51,395 bases of DNA from Octopus sinensis (GCF_006345805.1 NW_021836834.1:1-51395), one strand, 5' to 3'. Positions 34,827-47,956 are shown, counted from the stretch's first letter. Program-made: numbers and translations. Notes: a model not told the origin generated them from the sequence alone.

Positions 34827-35504
34827 AGAGAGAACATACAAGTATGAGACCAAAAGCAACCAAATTTAAATGCACTAGAGGTACAGATCAGAAGTTAGAG
34901 CAGGTCAGTTGGGAAACCAGCTGACATCACTAAAGAGTGGACCAGTGTTTGTATAGGTGGAAGTTTGTCACTGGGCAAGTAATGGTACAATACTATATAC
35001 TCAGATATATGCAATCTATATGAAAGGATTTGGTGAAAGCATGTGGTCAAGTGGTTCAGTTGATTAACTCTTGGCCACAAAGTTGTGGTTTCACTTCCTG
35101 GACCATGCAGTTTGTTGTTTTCTTGAGCAGGGCGTTTCATTTCATTTTGATTCTGTCTACTCAACAGTCATGGATACTAGCTTTGTTCTGGTGAAGCCCA
35201 TTATCCCTCTCACTCTCTTTATCTCCCTCTTTCTCTTTCTCTCTCTCTCTCTTTCTCCATCCAGCTGTTATATCCTGTATGTTCCACAGGGTCAAAAGGT
35301 GGATGGGCCTAGAGGATGTCTATGCCTGCTTGTAACTACATAGATACCTAAAACAATAAACAAAAAGCATGGTACCTATCACCAAACCACTCATTCATAA
35401 GTGGTAAGTGGCTGTACTTCATGAAAAAGTATACAAGAGGCAAAGTTAAATGGATAGTTACATGCATTTTACAAGAAATGAAACTTACTTTGCTTGTTTG
35501 TGAT

Positions 35505-35720
35505 ATTTAGACAGCAAACTAGCAGAATCATTACTACACCACGCAAAACACTTAGCCTAATTTCTTTTGACTTAACGTCCTGAGATCAAATGCTGTCAGA
35601 GTAAACTTTGCCTTTTGTTTTTTGAGGTTGATAAAATAAGTACCAGTTGTGCACTGGGATCAAGGTAATCGACTAGGACCCTCCCTGAAGTTGTTGACCT
35701 TGTACCTAGAAACTGATATA
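35505..35720 (+). mobile_element. SINE family C, degraded
   Basis: agacagcaaactagcagaatc head; aaaataagtaccagttgtgcactggg core; gaccttgtacc tail. Confidence 0.7.
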
Positions 35721-36175
35721 TTTGAAGATTTGAAGGCCAAAAGTCATTTCAGAAATGTACAAAAGAGAAAAAAAAAATGTTGATCTTGCTCAAATTTCCT
35801 TAATCTTGCCCCCAAAATATTCTCTTCTCACAGTAAAATCATCACTTCACAATTCGGCACCATTCCAGCACCAAAAGTGATTTTTTTTTCTCACTTGAAT
35901 TACCAAAAACTTTTGCAGACACAAGTCCTATCTTTATCCTACCTGTTTCTTAGTAGTGGTTAATGCTATGGTAATGGAAGTGTAAACTTCTGTAAGTATA
36001 TCTGGTTCTCTCAATGAATCTGAGACCCCAAGTTTAAAGCAAAAGTCTTTTCATCCCACCCCTTTTTTTAACCATTTTTAGCCCAAATTGATTTGTGTCT
36101 GACTTGAGTGAAAAGTGGGATGGTCCTCTATATGCATATTACTTTTCCAGTATAACAACAACAATAATAATAATG

Positions 36176-36223
<48 letters not shown>

Positions 36224-36252
36224 TAATGATAATAATAATATAATATAATAAA

Positions 36253-36810
36253 TGCCAGGCCCTGATGCAGTACCAGGCAGTGGCTCTCATGCTTCTGATC
36301 TTAACTGATTGGAAGTGTTATCATGTACATTGTTTTGTCTTGGTATAAAAGATGGGCTACAGCAAATATTCTGCTCAATACCACAGATTTGCTCGTCAGT
36401 TGTTTGGCCTTAACCAGTTGAGCATGTCCCTTAGTGGCTGACGATATGTGCATCTCTGATCACGAGCAGAAGTAGTGGGGGAGCATCATGGCTATGTGTT
36501 GAGAAGGATTCTTTGGGGTTTGAATAATTCACCTCTGGAAACATAGGTGTTTCGTTCAACATCCTAAAGCAACCCTTATTCAGGGACCTTTTGAGCAGGA
36601 TGGGCTACTCACCTGAAGAAAATTCTAACTGGGCCCCACCTGCAAGGTCATGTGCTGTTTATCTTGATATGAGATCACCATGTCGCGCACATATGGTTGT
36701 GATGCATGTGCCTGGTGTACCTTTATCAGACGGGTAGTCATGATGGGTATATTGGGCTTCGTATATTTTACCCCAGTGTCACTTTGATGGCATGAACTGC
36801 TCTCTCACTC
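36253..36810 (+). mobile_element. Unclassified ~555 bp (TAA)n-embedded element, full length
   Basis: Homologous to 8554-9108; (TAA)n on both sides. Confidence 0.9.
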
Positions 36811-36846
36811 AATAATAATATAATAATATATATAATAATAATAATA

Positions 36847-37313
36847 GCAACCATACTCTGGGAATGCCAATACAACACAGAAGAGAAATTAAGGCTAACA
36901 GACCAGATACATGTGTCAGAGATCATGAAGAAAAAAAACGTTTTCTAATTGATGTATCAATACCAGCGGATGACAACGTGTCTCTAAAAGAAATGGAGAA
37001 ACTTTCAAAATACAAAGACCTGGAAATAGAGGTAACCAGAATGTGGAATCTAAAAACAGAAACAATTCTATCGTAATAGGTGCATTAGGCATGATAAAAA
37101 AATATTCTGACAAATACATAACAAAAACACCAGGACTTACAAACACATATAACATATAGAAAATTGCACTACTAGGCACTGCACACATCCTACGCAGAAC
37201 ACTTTCCATACAATAACCATCAGAGCATCACAACAAATCACAGCACATACCCAAGGCACACAGAGCTATGCTCGGTAGTGAAGTGAAAGCACCATATATA
37301 AAATATACTACTG
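36847..37313 (+). mobile_element. R4/Dong-like 3' fragment (RLE domain plus 3' UTR)
   Basis: IKANRPDTCVRDHEEKKRFLIDVSIP..YKDLEIEVTRMW..IVIGALG..ALLGTAHILRRTLSIQ*; PD..D-x-x-P nuclease core; (TAA)n flanks. Confidence 0.9.
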
Positions 37314-37332
37314 AATAATAATAATAATATAA

Positions 37333-37367
<35 letters not shown>

Positions 37368-37398
37368 CAACAACAACAACAACAACAACAACAATAAA

Positions 37399-37957
37399 TG
37401 CCCTGATGCAGTACCAGGCAGTGGCTCTCATGGCTTCTGATCTTAACTGATTGGAAGTGTTATCATGTACATTGTTTTGTCTTTGTATAAAAGATGGGCT
37501 ACAGCAAATATTCTGCTCAATACCAAAGATTTGCTTGTCAGTTGTTCGACCATAACCAGTTGAGCATGTCCCTTAGTGGCTGACGATATGTGCATCTCTG
37601 ATCACAAGCAGAAGTAGTGGGGGAGCACCATAGCCATGTGTTGAGAGGGATTCTTTGGGGTTTGAATAATTCACCCCTGGAAACACGGGAGTTTCATTCA
37701 ACATTCTTGAACAACCCTTATTCAGGAACATTTTGAGCGGGATGGTAGGTTACTCGACTAGAAGAAAATTCTAACTGGGCCCCACCTGCAAGTTCATATT
37801 GCTGTTTATCTTGATATGAGATCACCATATCATGCACATATGGTTGTGATGCATGTGCCTAGTGTACTCTTATCAAATGGGTAGTCATGATGGGTATACT
37901 GGGCTTCGTACATTTTACCCCAGTGTCACTTTGATGGCATGCACTGCTCTCTCACTC
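37399..37957 (+). mobile_element. Unclassified ~555 bp (TAA)n-embedded element, full length
   Basis: Homologous to 8554-9108. Confidence 0.9.
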
Positions 37958-37968
37958 AATAATAATAA

Positions 37969-38027
<59 letters not shown>

Positions 38028-38111
38028 ATAATAATAATAATAAATAATAATAATAATAATAATATAATAATAATGATAATAATGACAATGATGATAATGG
38101 GAATAATAAAA

Positions 38112-38600
38112 AATTGAGCTGAATGCCAGGAAGAAAATTAAGGCCATAAACACATTGACTATGCCTGTTATCGTAGACAGCTTCAATATCATAAACTAGT
38201 TCCTCTCTGAAATCAATAAAGTTGATGTCAATGTATGAAAGGTGATGACAAAGCATTGTATGCATCACCAAAAAGCAAACACAGACTGAATTAACCTCCC
38301 GAGAAAAGAAGGTAGTTGGAGGTTAATACAGTCTTCACTCCCATTGAAAATAGCAACCATGGGCCTTTGTGCCTACCTGCAACAAGCAAACGACTTGATG
38401 TTAAAGCTGGCTCTGAAACAAGAAGACGCTGTAAAGTTGCCTTTTGTGATGAAAAAAGCAAAAATGTACCTCTTGAGAAATGCAAGGGACAAGCCAGTAG
38501 AAGTACCTGAAGAAGATGTGTCCCCAACAGATAAGATAAACCAAATGAAACCATAGCCAAGCAAACCAGCCTCTAATTTATTAAGGAGAAATGGGAGCCA
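38112..38600 (+). mobile_element. R4/Dong-like thumb-region fragment, degraded
   Basis: ELNARKKIKAINTLTMPVI..SFNIIN*..MHHQKANTD*INLPRKEGSWRL. Confidence 0.7.
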
Positions 38601-38918
38601 AGTCAATACAAAGTCAGAGGTCCTTCTTGAACCATAGTCTCACAATGCCAATTTCCTGGATTTTGTGGCATATATATTTCCCCACAGGTGTTAAAATTTC
38701 ATGATATATGTTATATATATTACACCTGCCCTTCCCAATTTTCTATCCTTATTCTGTGTTCTACTCACCTTGTACCTTGAGGGTATGTTCTGATACCTCA
38801 TATCCACTATCTTTGTATCTCTAGCCACTTCCACCCACTCTTATATAATATAATATTGGGTAGCCATGAATCTCTCTATTATAGCATATTTCCTTAACCC
38901 CCTTCTCTCATACTTTAA

Positions 38919-39141
38919 CCCTTTAGCATTCAGATTCCTCTGTCGAATGTAATGCTGATTTATTCACATTGAGAAAATACATTAGTCATACATTACCTTG
39001 TAGCTTTTAGATTTCAATGACATGATTGATTATTTTTAGGGTAATATTGTAGAATAAGTGTGAGAGGCCAGATCAAGCCAGTTTGAAGATAATACAGGTA
39101 GATTATTTTGGCTGTATATGGCTAATTTAAATGCAAAAGGG
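38919..39141. mobile_element. piggyBac-type MITE
   Basis: TTAA|ccctttagcatt ... aatgcaaaaggg|CTAA (decayed TTAA). Confidence 0.7.
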
Positions 39142-39256
39142 CTAACCTCTTAATACCTGGTGTAAAGCCACTCCTTTCTCAATACTTGAGCAGAGCACTT
39201 CATTTCATTTTGCTTCTGTCTTCTCAACAGTAATGAATACCAGCTTTGTTCTCATT

Positions 39257-39437
39257 GGAGGAGTGGAGTGTGGTAAGTAGCTTGCTTACGAACCGCATGG
39301 TTCCGGGTTCAGTCCCACTGTGTGGCACCTTGGGCAAGTGTCTTTCTATAGCCTAGGCCGACCCAAAGCCTTGTGAGTGGATTTGGTAGACAGAAACTAA
39401 AAGAAGCCCGTCATATATATGTATATATATATATATA

Positions 39438-39468
<31 letters not shown>

Positions 39469-39710
39469 GTATTTGTGTTGTATATGTTTGTGTAACTGTG
39501 TTTGTCCCCCCCCCCAACATCACTCGACACCCGATGCTGTTGTTGTTTACGTCCCCGTAACCTAGCAGTTTGGCAAAAGAGTCTGATAGAATAAGTACTA
39601 GGCTTACAAAGAATAAGTCCTGGGGTCGATTTGCTCGACTGAAGGCGGTGCTCCAGCATGGCCACAGTCACATGACTGAAACAAGTAAAAGAGTAAAAGA
39701 GTAAAAAGAG
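39257..39710 (+). mobile_element. SINE family B
   Basis: Near-complete copy. Confidence 0.9.
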
Positions 39711-39749
39711 TATGAAGCTAAGAGAACTTATTTTGTCTTTCAAGTCACT

Positions 39750-39950
39750 TGGTGCCAGTGCCTTAAAAATACACTCCAAGTACACACCGTAAAGTGGTTG
39801 GCTTTAGGAAGAACATCCAAGCAATAAAAATCATGCTAAAGCAGATATTAGAGCATGGATTCAATCTTCTACCTCCTCAGACCTTGCCGAACCATCCAAC
39901 CCATGCAAATATGGGAAAAATAGATGTTAAATGACAATGATAATGATTAT
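39750..39950 (+). mobile_element. Degraded RTE-type 3' tail
   Basis: aagtggttggctttaggaag..ccatccaacccatgc..gatgttaaatga. Confidence 0.65.
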
Positions 39951-40204
39951 TATTCCAATATGTTTTATATTTTATTGCTATTGCAGAAAATTTAGAATAT
40001 TTCTATTCCAAGATTTCTATTATAAAATGGATTACACAATTTTGATTGCAAACACATGACTGTTTACAATGGAGTTTTTGTTTAACATAATGTGTGTGCA
40101 TGAGTCTGAACCATGCCGGCATAGAACATAGATGTTCAATGATGATGATGATGATGACAATGATGGTGATGATGATGATGATGATGATGATATATCTTTT
40201 ATTT

Positions 40205-40446
40205 TTTTAATCTTTTACTTGTTTCAGTCATTTGACTGCAGCCATGCTGGGGAAACACTTGAGAATTCTAGTTGAATGAATCCACCTCAGTACTTACTTC
40301 CTTTTAAAGTATGGTACTTATTCTATTGGGCACATTTGCTGAACTGCTACTACTGGAACTTGGACATATCACCACTGGTTGTCAAAGGTAGCGGAGGACA
40401 AACACTGAGACAAAGCACACATAGATATCGACATGAATATAATACA

Positions 40447-40516
<70 letters not shown>

Positions 40517-40531
40517 GTATATATGTATGTA

Positions 40532-40573
<42 letters not shown>

Positions 40574-40579
40574 ATAATA

Positions 40580-40613
<34 letters not shown>

Positions 40614-41146
40614 TGTGTACAGTGCTCAGGTGCATATGTATGTATGTATGTATGTATGTATGTGTATATATATGTATGTGTTATATATATATATATAATA
40701 TATTATATATATATATATATATATATAATACAAATAAGTAAATGGAGAAACAATACTTACTTGGTGTTTTATATACACACACACACACACACATATATGC
40801 CACATACATATATATATGTATAAGAGTTGAAAAGGAACACATAGTTGATATATATATATATACATGTTATATATATATACATATATATGTAAGTATGTAT
40901 GTATACACACACACACACAGTGATATTGCTGTGTTTATGTCCCTGTAACTTAGCGGTTCGGCAAAAAGACTTAGAATAAGTACCAGATTACAAAGAATAA
41001 GTCCTGGGTCTGATTTCTTCAACTGAAAAACCCTTCAAGGTGGTGCTCCAGCATGGACACAGTCACATGGCTAAAACAAGTAAAAGAATAAAAGAACACA
41101 AGTATATACACACACACACATATACATGTATCACAGGTGATGTGAT

Positions 41147-41208
<62 letters not shown>

Positions 41209-41390
41209 ACGTGGTGGTATGCACATTGACAGGAAGAAGTGGGCTTCTTTCATATCTACCTACCATCTAATCAAAAGACTTTGGTTGGCCTGAGGTTATC
41301 ACAGAAAATACTTGCCTAATGTACAATGGAATGAATCCAGAATCATGTAGTTGGAAGCAAACGTCTAACCACACAGCCACACCTGCACCT
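40205..41390. mobile_element. Cluster of SINE B fragments (40205-40430 minus, 40920-41095 plus, 41270-41390 minus) with TA/TAA/GA microsatellites
   Basis: Fragment matches to family B. Confidence 0.7.
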
Positions 41391-41568
41391 ATGTATATGT
41401 GTGTGTGTGTATGTGTGTGTATGTATGCATATATATGTGTGTGTGTATTTGTGTGCATGTGTGTGTTTATTGTTATTAAAGCTTCAAAAACATCACAAAA
41501 ATATAGAAAGCTGCAACTCAGAGTTTCACGCTCCTGTTTGTCGGACAGTTTAGATTAAGAATATATAC

Positions 41569-42493
41569 ACATCCGATAGATGTGTAATGTCAGTGTACAT
41601 ACTCGACAGAGTGTAAGTACCTTGAGAGAAAAGTTGGACCTAAGAAGCATCAGCTGTGGTGTGCAAGAGAGACGATTGCGCTAGTATGGTCATGTAGCAA
41701 GAATGGTTGAAGATAGGTGTGTGAAAATGTGCCATTCCCTAGCGGTTGAGGGAACCTGTGGAAGAGGTAGACCCAGGAAAACCTGGGACAAGGTGGTGAA
41801 GCACGACCTTCGAACATTAGGCCTCACCAAGGCAATGACTAGTGACCGAGACCTTTGGAAATATGCTGTGTGTGAGAAAACCCGGCAGGACAAGTGAGTC
41901 CATAACCCGTGGCCTTTGTTAGGGATGTGGTCAGCCCACTTATGCATACCTTTCCTTCTCTAGACACAAAACTCTGCTTGCGAAGACCTGTTGAGGCAAG
42001 TGAAATCGAAATTGAATTTGAAATCGAACCACATCTGATGACTGGCACCCATGCCAACCTCCTTTCATTGGACACTTAACTCTGCTTGCGAAAACCTGTT
42101 GGGCAAGTGAAATTGAAATTGAAATTGAACCAAATCCTGTGACTGGCCCTCGGGTGATGCCAGTGCCGCTGGACTGACTCCTGTGCAGGTGGCAAGTAAA
42201 GAAACACCGTTTCAACTCTGTGCTTGAGGAGACCTATTGAGTCAAGTACATCCACATCAAAAATCAATGGAAACTGTAGTTGTGATCCCTGTGCCGGTGG
42301 CATGTAAAAAGCACCCACTACACTCACGGAGTGGTTGGCGTTAGGAAGGGCATCTAGCCGTAGAAACACTGCCAGATCAGACTGGAGCCTGGTGCAGCCT
42401 TCTGGCTTCCCAGACCCCGGTCAAACCGTTCAACCCATGCTAGCATGGAAAACGGACATTAAACGATGATGATGATGATGATGATGATGATGA
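41569..42493 (+). mobile_element. 5'-truncated RTE LINE (sister subfamily) with internally duplicated 3' UTR
   Basis: MCNVSVHTRQSVSTLREKLDL..EGTCGRGRPRKTWDKVVKHDLRTLGLTKAMTSDRDLWK..RQDK*; module repeated at ~41972, 42079, 42216; (ATG)n tail. Confidence 0.92.
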
Positions 42494-42532
42494 TATATAT
42501 ATATATATATATATCACATATATATATATATT

Positions 42533-42587
<55 letters not shown>

Positions 42588-42639
42588 CTCATATACATAT
42601 ATACATATACTACATATTATACATCATACATATACACAC

Positions 42640-42674
<35 letters not shown>

Positions 42675-42867
42675 TCAATATATACATATATATACATTTA
42701 ATACTTATATATAAAGTCTGACGAATGGGATGTAAAACTCGAGTAGCAGTTTTTTGTGATATTTTGTGATGATTTTTTTCAGCTTTATGATAATAAAGCA
42801 TATTACTCTACCTCCGGTATTCAAGTGCTATTTTTTCCACCTTCTTTCACATTTATGTGCTTGCTTT

Positions 42868-42908
<41 letters not shown>

Positions 42909-42949
42909 ATATCCGTCCAACCCATGCTAGCATGAAACGGATGTTAAAC

Positions 42950-42988
<39 letters not shown>

Positions 42989-43096
42989 ATTATAAAATTC
43001 GGGGTAGTAAAAAATTATTTAGAAAATTTTTTTTTACCACCAGTGGCCTAGCATGTAGAAAAACAAGTGAATAGACTATGTATTATTCATTATAAA

Positions 43097-43428
43097 TACA
43101 GTGTACATTTAAACACATAAGAGATGGCCATAATAAGACATCTAACCCACTAGAAGGAGTAGTTAAAATCCAAACCACTATTAGGGGTAATTTCAAAAGG
43201 GAATGAAAAATGAAAACATTTACCAACTATTTCCTGGACCATGTTTTTAAGCTACTTTATTTGCTGAAGATAGCTTGAAACCGTGGTCCAGGAAATAGAT
43301 GGTAAGTGTTTTTATTTTTCATTCCCTTTCGAAATTACCCCTAATAGTGGTTTGGATTTTAACTACTCCTTGTAGCAGGTTAGATGTTCTATTATGGCCA
43401 TCACTTATGTGTTTAAATGTATATTGTA
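43097..43428. mobile_element. ~330 bp foldback element (158 bp arms, 16 nt spacer)
   Basis: 43097-43254 is the imperfect reverse complement of 43271-43428. Confidence 0.9.
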
Positions 43429-43471
43429 TATATATATATATATATATATAGATATGTATATAGATATAGAT

Positions 43472-43546
<75 letters not shown>

Positions 43547-44497
43547 GATAGATAGATCCATGTATATATCATCCACATGTGACTTTTTGTGTATGTATAT
43601 ATACATATGTTAATTTGCATCTGTGTTGTATGTACTCTCATCTATGTGCTTGTGTATGAATGTGATGTGTTATACAGGTGTGTTTGTGTTTGTAAAAATC
43701 TGTTACATTCAATGCATTTACCAATATGTATATCCATATATTCCTGTGCTCTAAACTATACACATCAAACCAATGTAAGCTGGAAGAATGTAAAAACTTG
43801 ATATTCGAGCTTCTGGTATGTCTATTTTACTAATGGCAACACCAGTGAATTTGGTGAACTCTTAAAAAAAAAGCCCCAAAACCCCCCACTGAGATTGATC
43901 TAAGGTGTGAAATGTAAACTCAACTATAAATCTGACCAGCAATGACAGTGCCATACCACAGGAATCATCCGGCAATAACTAAGCACTTTGGCAGTATTAT
44001 TTATTCCAAGCTAGCTCTCAACCAAAATATGTTGGAAACAAAATGCCAAAGTTCAGTCTATTTTACTCATATTCCAGAGAATCGGCAAAAACCATTATTC
44101 CAATGTTTTTTTTTTTGCCAAAGAAACTAACCAACATTTCCTTCCAGTTTCTGTGATGTGTGTGTATGTGCGTGTATGTGTGTGTATTTGTATGTGTGTG
44201 TATCATTTTATTTTTACCTTTCTGTTTTTCTTCTATTTTCTTTATTTTATAATATTCAATCAGGTTTAATTAATTAAACAAGTCAAAAGAAAACACATTA
44301 ACATTAGTGTGTTACTCATTTCAGTTCCTGTCAGAATCTATCATCCTGTATTCTTTACCTGTTTACATTTTGTGGTTTACATAAATTTTAATTATTTTTC
44401 ATTAGCAGTTACAACCTCTTGACTGACACTGACTAAATTAGGATTTTGCCGCTTGGTACACACAAAATGCCACGCTATCACACTAATGGTTCTATAT

Positions 44498-44895
44498 GGC
44501 ATAGGAGTAGCTGTCTGGTAAGTAGCTTGCTTATGAACCACATGGTCCCAGGTTCAGTCCCACTGCGTGGCACCTTGGGCAACTGTCTTCTGCTATAGCC
44601 TTGGGCCAACCAAAGCCTTGCGTGTGGAGTTGGTAGACGGAAACTGAAAGAAGCCTGTCATATATATGTATATATATATATATATATATATAAGTATGTG
44701 TGTGTTTGTGTGTCTGTGTTTGTCCCCCCAACATCGCCTGACAACCGATGCTGGCATGTTTATGTGCCCGTAACTTAGCGGTTCAGCAAAAGAGACCGAT
44801 AGAATAAGTACTGGGGTCGATTTGCTCGACTAAAGGCAGTGCTCCAGCATGGCCACGGTCAAATGACTGAAACAAGTAAAAGAGTAAAAGAGAGT
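44498..44895 (+). mobile_element. SINE family B (second 5' half follows at ~44980-45150)
   Basis: Full-length match. Confidence 0.9.
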
Positions 44896-44932
44896 AAAGT
44901 GTATGTGTGTGTGCGTGTGTGTGTGTGTGTGT

Positions 44933-44981
<49 letters not shown>

Positions 44982-45184
44982 AGGCACAAGCATAGCTGTG
45001 AGGTAAGAAGCTTGCTTCCTAATCACATGGATCCGAGTGCAGTACTGCTGCATTGCACCTTGGGCAAGTGTCTTCTATTATAGCCTCAAAATGACCAAAC
45101 CCTTGTGAGTGGATCTGGTTGACAGAAACTGAAAGAAGCCCATCATGTTTGTGCGTGTGTCTGTGTGTCTATATATATATATCT

Positions 45185-45540
45185 ATTATATAAAATCTGT
45201 TCTGTCTGTCTGTGTGTGTGTGTCTTCTAAGATCTTGGGCATCCTCCATCCGATTGCGCTCAAATTTGATATGTAGATACCAACGGTATCAGGGTGTGTA
45301 TAAGTCTTGAAAAAATTACAAAAATCAGTTCCAGGTGAGAATGCGATCGATAAAGACATAGGAACGTGCATTTGTACATGCAGTACATCAGCTGTTGCAA
45401 TCGATACTGACGCGTACGTGAGAAAATGCCACATGCAGTTTTGCGCAAAAAAAAGCCGGCTGGCTTGAAATAATGCTACAAAATGCAGTATTTTAAGAGA
45501 CCAAAAAAGTAAGATGCAAAGAGATAGTTTCCTTCAACCT
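45185..45540 (+). mobile_element. Possible Helitron/Helentron-type non-autonomous element
   Basis: tatataaaa start, (gtct)(gt) tract, ccgattgcgctcaaatttg motif; layout resemblance only. Confidence 0.3.
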
Positions 45541-45727
45541 TGGCATGAAGGAAGGAAAGACTATTTAGTTTCTCAAGTTTTTTTTGCTTTAGCTTAACAA
45601 AACCAAACATTTTATTGAAATAAAGGCATGCTTAATTATTTTTTAATTGCTTTTTATTCAGCAGATATGAATTAGCACCGTCCATTGGATGGGGGGGGGG
45701 CATTTTGCTCGTGCTTATATATATATA

Positions 45728-45955
45728 TTTCTTTACTACCCACAAGGGGCTAAACACAGAGGAGACAACAAGGACAGACAAACGGATTAAGTTGATTACA
45801 TCGACCCCAGTGTGTAACTGGTACTTAATTTATCGACTCCGGAAGGATGAAAGGCAAAGTCGACCTCGGCAGAATTTGAACTCGGAACGTAACGACAGAC
45901 GAAATATGGCAACGCATTTCGCCCGGCATGCTAACGTTTCTGCCAGCTCGCCGCC
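45728..45955 (-). mobile_element. SINE family A
   Basis: Reverse complement of full copy, within (TA)n. Confidence 0.92.
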
Positions 45956-46019
45956 TTCATATATATATATATATATATATATTTTCAGCCACATGGAGCA
46001 TAATGCTATGCTTGAGAAG

Positions 46020-46266
46020 AAGACCCATTAAGCCGAGCAAAATCACAGTTGTGGCAGATACTTCCACATAAATGCACCCCGGTATCACACAAATGTCACC
46101 TGTGCTGGTGGCACATAAAAGCACCCATTACATTCTCGGTGTGATTGGAATTAGGAAGGGCATCAAGCTGTAGAAAACTATGCCAGATCTGACTGAAGCC
46201 TTCCAGCACGCCAGCCCAGTCATACCATCCAGCCCCTGGATAACAGACGTCAAATGATGATGATGA
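46020..46266 (+). mobile_element. RTE-type 3' tail
   Basis: gcacctgtgctggtggcacataaaa module, tail core, (ATG)n. Confidence 0.8.
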
Positions 46267-46420
46267 TGTGTCTATGTCTCTGTGTCCATGTTTGTCCACC
46301 ACTACCACCACCACTTGACAACTGGTGCTGGTGTATTTACATCCCAGTAACTGAGCACTTCGGCAAAAGAGATCAATACAATAAGTACTAGGTTTTAAAA
46401 TAAAGTACTGAGGTTAATTT

Positions 46421-46600
46421 AGTTCTATATTTAAGAGATGAGGAATTATGTACATTATTTACATAATTTGCATTTGATGGATATTTGTCCTCATCTTGTT
46501 TGTTGTTAACACAACGTTTTGGCTGATATACCCTCCAGCATTCATCAGGTGTCTTGGGAAAATTTTGAACCTGGGTTCTCATTCCTAAGGTATTATTCGA

Positions 46601-46642
<42 letters not shown>

Positions 46643-46651
46643 TACTACTAC

Positions 46652-46682
<31 letters not shown>

Positions 46683-46996
46683 GATTATTATTATTATTAT
46701 TCACATCACTGCCTGGAATCAAACTCGGAATCTTGGGGTTAGTAGCCCGAACTCTTAACCCTAAGATTCCAAGTTCAATTCCAGGTAGTGACCTGAATAA
46801 TAATAAATAATAATAATAATAATCATCATATAATAATAATAAATACACCACAAAAAGTACCTTAGGAATGAGAACCCCATTTTGAATTTTCCCAAGACAC
46901 CTGATGAAGCTGGAGGGTATATCAGTCAAAACGTTGTGTTAACAACAAACAAGATGAGTACAAATATCTATCAAATGTAAATAATGTAAATAATGT
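46421..46996. mobile_element. Head-to-head inverted pair of a tRNA-head/(TAA)n/hammerhead element, inserted in a SINE B copy
   Basis: 46421-46760 (minus) mirrors 46761-46996 (plus); hammerhead cores at 46508-46553 (-) and 46896-46940 (+); ggttaattt duplicated at 46412-46420 and 46997-47005; SINE B continues on both sides. Confidence 0.8.
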
Positions 46997-47956
46997 GGTT
47001 AATTTGTTCAACTAAAAATTCTTCAAGGCAGTGCCCCAGCATGGCCACAGTCTAATGACTGAAAATAGTAAAATGTAAAAGGTATATATAAAACTGAAAA
47101 TGGACACAACTGGAACTATTCAAAGGGAGATAATTCTGTCTCTCCCAGAAGTGGGGTTTCACTTCAAAGAATTTCATATCAGGGGTTTCTTTCACCACCA
47201 AGCTGATCAAAACTATAATTTTACCTTCATTAGTAAAGAGGTTATGTACCTCCAGTCAGTGGACCTGATGAGTAGCCTTTATTGCTAAAAGCGCAATAAT
47301 AGATGTGGAACTAATGGTAACTTCATGACCAGCAACAGCCAACAACTGTATAATAATAAATTCGTCTTTTGTTATTCTTTTGTTTTTCTACAATTTTCAA
47401 CTATATAACAGCAACAACAACAACAACACATATACATATACACACACACACATATAGGTTGCTGTCACATCGACATTTTTCCTCTGCTGTAAAGGCTTAA
47501 TTCCTAACACACCAGCTGAATTCAATTCGTTTCCGTCGAAAGACGCCTGTTGTAATGTCCTGTTATTATTATTATTATTGTTTTTTTGTATTATTTTTGT
47601 ATTTATATTCGTGTAACATCATCCGTTTTTCCATCCTTGTTTCGTATACATTTGAAGCTTTTTTCCAAGGAATCTAATGCTCTTAGCTTAATTTTTCCTT
47701 GGGGCTGGCCAGATTGGAGCAATCTCAGGATTAATCAGCCGAAATTGCGAGGATGATCCGATTCTTGGCTGAAGATTAAAGGCTTCAAATGACCCGTCCG
47801 TGTTTTTTGTATTGTCTTCTGGATGTTTTGCGTTCTTGTCCCATTTTGTATATATATATATACTCACAGAGGGAAATATTTTAGTCTCAAATGCATAATA
47901 ATAATGTTGAATAGCATAAATAAGGTAAAGCGTCCTTATATTACAGAAAAATTTGT

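Noticed and set aside
42716-42860. ctgacga...aaaactcgagta hammerhead-like text, in a repeat related to ~49600-49700
   Set aside because: Helix I and II pairing is absent in this copy
47515-47850. CpG-rich dispersed-repeat-like block with gccgaaattgc
   Set aside because: Probably a TE terminal repeat, but I found no motif sufficient to classify it and no complete hammerhead core
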